From a virus (Duplodnaviria > Caudoviricetes): DNA of 35,964 nucleotides. Below are positions 33,642 to 35,964 of the stretch, piece after piece. Numbering within the stretch: position 1 is the first letter of the stretch; every line of letters starts with the position of its first letter. A program made the translations under genes and the position numbers. The notes beneath the pieces are model-generated. The model did not search any database. It saw only the letters and a list, made by a program, of their open reading frames with translations, and was not told the DNA's origin. Where the stretch lies: the IMG/VR virus record IMGVR_UViG_3300046786_000013, positions 1-35,964 of that record, one strand, 5' to 3'.

Positions 33642-33871
33642 ATATATTTTTGTATAGCAAATCTAAGTGTCCTAACTGCGTTGCTGCCAAACAACTTTTA
33701 AAGTCTAAAGGGCTGAAGTTTATTGAGAACGACATGGACACAGAAAGCGTCCGACAAGCCTTTTATTTTGCTTACCCAGATGTTCGTGGAATGCCTCAAA
33801 TCTTCATTGATGACCAACGGGTTGGTGGTTTATTGGGCTTGCAACACGCTTTGAAACAACTTGGCTTATGA
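33638..33871 (+). CDS. Glutaredoxin
   Basis: YSK..CPNC..AK.LL, PQIFI....VGG. Confidence 0.9.
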   Translation: MNIFLYSKSKCPNCVAAKQLLKSKGLKFIENDMDTESVRQAFYFAYPDVRGMPQIFIDDQRVGGLLGLQHALKQLGL

Positions 33872-33957
33872 ACAACAAAATAATTTATAGCGTTCTTGCT
33901 ATATTTTTGAGCGCTTTTTGGGCATGGGTTTTATGGTTTATGTGGGGTAAAACATGA
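33868..33957 (+). CDS. Small membrane peptide (29 aa), not in the ORF track
   Basis: MNNKIIYSVLAIFLSAFWAWVLWFMWGKT; ATGA overlaps at both ends. Confidence 0.6.
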   Translation: MNNKIIYSVLAIFLSAFWAWVLWFMWGKT

Positions 33958-34355
33958 TCGTTACATTGCAAAACCCAGAACAAGCCCAGATGGTTTTAAA
34001 AAACCTATGGCCCAAGATCAAAGAAACCTTACAAGCTGGCAATAAACTGCGTTTGGAAATTAAAAAAGCCACACGCAGCACAGACCAGAACGATATGTTT
34101 CATGCGCTGATTGACCAGGTGGCAAAAGCTATGAAAACCGCAGGGTCAGACTGGTCGCCAGAGGACTGGAAACGCCTACTGATTGACCAATGGGCTAAAG
34201 AAACCGACCGCAAAATAAGCAAAGTAGCCCCAAGTCTAGATGGTGAACGAGTAGTTCAGCTAGGACTCCAAAGCCACAAATTCACCAAAGAAGAAGGCTC
34301 AGAGTTTATTGAGTGGCTAATGGCTTGGATGGCTAACAAGGGGATTGAATGTTAA
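33954..34355 (+). CDS. ninB: NinB/Orf-family recombination protein
   Basis: RS.DQN..FHA....VA, W..EDWK.L, P.LDG...V.LG..S.K....E.SEFIE motifs. Confidence 0.85.
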   Translation: MIVTLQNPEQAQMVLKNLWPKIKETLQAGNKLRLEIKKATRSTDQNDMFHALIDQVAKAMKTAGSDWSPEDWKRLLIDQWAKETDRKISKVAPSLDGERVVQLGLQSHKFTKEEGSEFIEWLMAWMANKGIEC

Positions 34356-34495
34356 TAAAAGCACCTACCAAACAGTTCTGTCTGGAAATGGCTGAACGTT
34401 GTTACACCTTGAAAGACGAAGAAGGCTCATGGGATTGGCTATTTGCATGGGCAATGCACAAGTATTACTTTCCCGTAAAAAGCGTAAAACGATGA
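34349..34495 (+). CDS. Hypothetical protein (48 aa), not in the ORF track
   Basis: MLIKAPTKQFCLEMAERCY...; fills the gap with overlaps at both ends. Confidence 0.55.
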   Translation: MLIKAPTKQFCLEMAERCYTLKDEEGSWDWLFAWAMHKYYFPVKSVKR

Positions 34496-34812
34496 TGTTC
34501 CCCAAACACAATTACGTCAGAAGCCAAAAACTGCTGAAAATGGTGGCAAACCTAGACTGCCAATGCTGTGGTGAATCGTATGGTATCCAAGCCGCCCACT
34601 CAAATTGGGGTGGTGGCAAGGGTAGAGGCATTAAGGCTGATGACAACCTAGTGGCTGCTTTATGTCTGAAATGCCATTATGAGATTGACCAAGGGGCGCA
34701 TTTGTCTAAAGACGAACGCAAAGATATGTGGTTAAAAGCCCACATTGCTACGGTTGAGGCACTTGGTGAGCGTTGGCCTACCGAAGTGCCAAAGCCTCAT
34801 TTGCCTTTGTGA
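34492..34812 (+). CDS. HNH-like Zn protein (DUF968/DUF1364-like)
   Basis: RS..LL..V..L.CQCCG....AAH.N..GKG.GIKA.D.....LC..CH..ID. Confidence 0.75.
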   Translation: MMFPKHNYVRSQKLLKMVANLDCQCCGESYGIQAAHSNWGGGKGRGIKADDNLVAALCLKCHYEIDQGAHLSKDERKDMWLKAHIATVEALGERWPTEVPKPHLPL

Positions 34813-34967
34813 GCCTTGTCCATGCCCAAAGACTCATGGCGCTTCAATTCTTTTTCCACAGCCTTGATGCGGGACATTTCCTGACGATGCTCAGACACTT
34901 TTTCGTAGTGCATTGGCTCTTTAGGAGTTTTAGATTTAGCAGCGGTGATGGTGTAATTTGTAGCCAT
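34797..34967 (-). CDS. Small basic/His-containing protein on the opposite strand
   Basis: AGGA SD before MATNYTIT; divergent from the late promoter. Confidence 0.55.
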   Translation of the reverse strand: MATNYTITAAKSKTPKEPMHYEKVSEHRQEMSRIKAVEKELKRHESLGMDKAHKGK

Positions 34968-34990
34968 GACAAATCCTGTTAAAATGGTGA

Positions 34991-35022
34991 TTGACATTGT
35001 GCCATATTGGGCATAAAGTCAA
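34991..35022 (+). promoter_or_regulatory. Late-operon sigma70 promoter embedded in an imperfect palindrome
   Basis: TTGACA-17 nt-TAAAGT; arms TTGACATTGTGCC / GGCATAAAGTCAA match 11/13 as an inverted repeat. Confidence 0.75.
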
Positions 35023-35049
35023 ACCATAAATTCTTTGCAAGGAAACATC

Positions 35050-35262
35050 ATGGGAAAAGCTGACACAACAATGGCTAAAAGCACAACAGGCGCAACACCC
35101 CCAAAGGGCGCTGCATCTTCTGACAAGTCTGGTGAACGCATGGGCAAGACCGTAGGCGGTGTTGGCATGGGTAAAGAGGACAAGACAGGCGCTGACAAGC
35201 TGTTCAATACTGGTCGCACAGACGGCATTTGCTACACTAAGACCCGTTCAGAGTACCGCTGA
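35050..35262 (+). CDS. Small Gly/Lys-rich hypothetical protein
   Basis: AAGGA SD; first ORF after the late promoter. Confidence 0.65.
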   Translation: MGKADTTMAKSTTGATPPKGAASSDKSGERMGKTVGGVGMGKEDKTGADKLFNTGRTDGICYTKTRSEYR

Positions 35263-35270
35263 AAAGGCGA

Positions 35271-35300
35271 AACCCAAACAGCCGAGCAGGGCTGAATGGG
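35271..35300 (+). promoter_or_regulatory. Intergenic hairpin (possible attenuator)
   Basis: CCCA-AA-CAGCC-GAGCAG-GGCTG-AA-TGGG. Confidence 0.4.
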
Positions 35301-35332
35301 CTTCTAGGCACAACAAATAAAGAGGATTTGCC

Positions 35333-35557
35333 ATGCTTAAACAGAATTGTAAGGCTTGTGTTTACTTTAATGACATAGGTCAGATGGGGCAATGCAGACG
35401 CTACCCCACATTTCAGAATCGCCATCACACCGAATGGTGCGGTGAATTCGAGTTAGTTGCCATCGTCCCAACGGAGGATGTTCTACCCGTCCAAGAGGCG
35501 GGTGCTTTTTCTGAGCCTCCAAAGAAGCGTGGTCGCCCCGCAAAGGATGCAAAATGA
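35333..35557 (+). CDS. Cys-rich small protein with AT-hook-like tail
   Basis: CKAC..F....GQCRRYP......WCGEF; KKRGRPAK; GAGGA SD. Confidence 0.7.
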   Translation: MLKQNCKACVYFNDIGQMGQCRRYPTFQNRHHTEWCGEFELVAIVPTEDVLPVQEAGAFSEPPKKRGRPAKDAK

Positions 35558-35838
35558 ACTTGCAACCACTCAGAGATAAAATCCTTGTGCGCCCCGAAAA
35601 GCGCATTCAAAGCACGTTATATGTCCAATCAGCTGAAGCTGACAGCCGTGGCATTGTGGTGGCAGTAGGCCCAGACGCAGAGGCTGAAGGTCTGAACGTT
35701 GGCGACAAGATTGCATTTGGTACGTTCCACAAAGACTACAAAGACGAATACCTAAAGTTTGAGGAAATCAAACACAATGACGAGCGCCTGCTCAAAATGA
35801 GTTGGCAAGATGTTTGCTTTGTAATGGAGGAAGAATGA
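35554..35838 (+). CDS. groES: GroES/Cpn10-like co-chaperonin
   Basis: L.PL.DKILV, G.VVAVGP, VGD.I.F and terminal D....V motifs. Confidence 0.85.
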   Translation: MNLQPLRDKILVRPEKRIQSTLYVQSAEADSRGIVVAVGPDAEAEGLNVGDKIAFGTFHKDYKDEYLKFEEIKHNDERLLKMSWQDVCFVMEEE

Positions 35839-35964
35839 AAGAACAACTAAAAGCCCGTATTGCTGAACTAGAAAAGCAAAAAGAACAAATGTTGGCTAAC
35901 TTCCATGCCATTTCAGGCGCTATTGCCGAAAATGAAGCGTGGTTGCGCCAGCTTGACAAACCCG
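35835..35964 (+). CDS. 48-aa coiled-coil protein spanning the circular junction (continues to TGA at 144-146)
   Basis: MKEQLKARIAELEKQKEQMLANFHAISGAIAENEAWLRQLDKPVESQE; GGAGG SD; ATGA overlaps with groES and the GIY-YIG gene. Confidence 0.8.
   Translation, partial: MKEQLKARIAELEKQKEQMLANFHAISGAIAENEAWLRQLDKP
35836..35964. repeat. Terminal direct repeat, right copy
   Basis: Matches 1-129 with one mismatch. Confidence 0.97.

Overview
This window is an apparently complete genome (about 35,835 bp) of a P22-like short-tailed (podovirus) phage. Bases 1-129 repeat at 35836-35964, which indicates a circular assembly. The + strand late operon runs: co-chaperonin GroES, GIY-YIG endonuclease, small and large terminase, portal, scaffold, P22-type coat, a 7.6 kb block of decoration/fibre genes, gp4- and gp10-like tail proteins, three ejection proteins, a short tail-collar adaptor, an HNH-type endonuclease and a lysis cassette. 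A - strand early operon carries ERF, a YqaJ exonuclease, an SSB-like protein, an RNA polymerase alpha-CTD-like fusion and mosaic small ORFs. It diverges from a + strand operon carrying cro, a DUF1376 replication initiator, a C5 DNA methyltransferase, RusA, glutaredoxin and NinB. I recognised no integrase, CI repressor, N/Q antiterminator, tRNA or CRISPR array. The gene families suggest an aquatic betaproteobacterial host, but this is inference only. The most notable feature is a cytosine methyltransferase split between two almost fully overlapping reading frames, with motif IX and probably the target-recognition elements in the +1 frame. Other points of interest are several candidate structured RNAs, candidate origin iterons, microhomology-flanked cassettes, a roofless GroES, a domain shared between the gp4 and gp10 proteins, and a strong regional GCG-GG codon-pair bias. 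All calls come from reading the sequence by eye; no searches were run.
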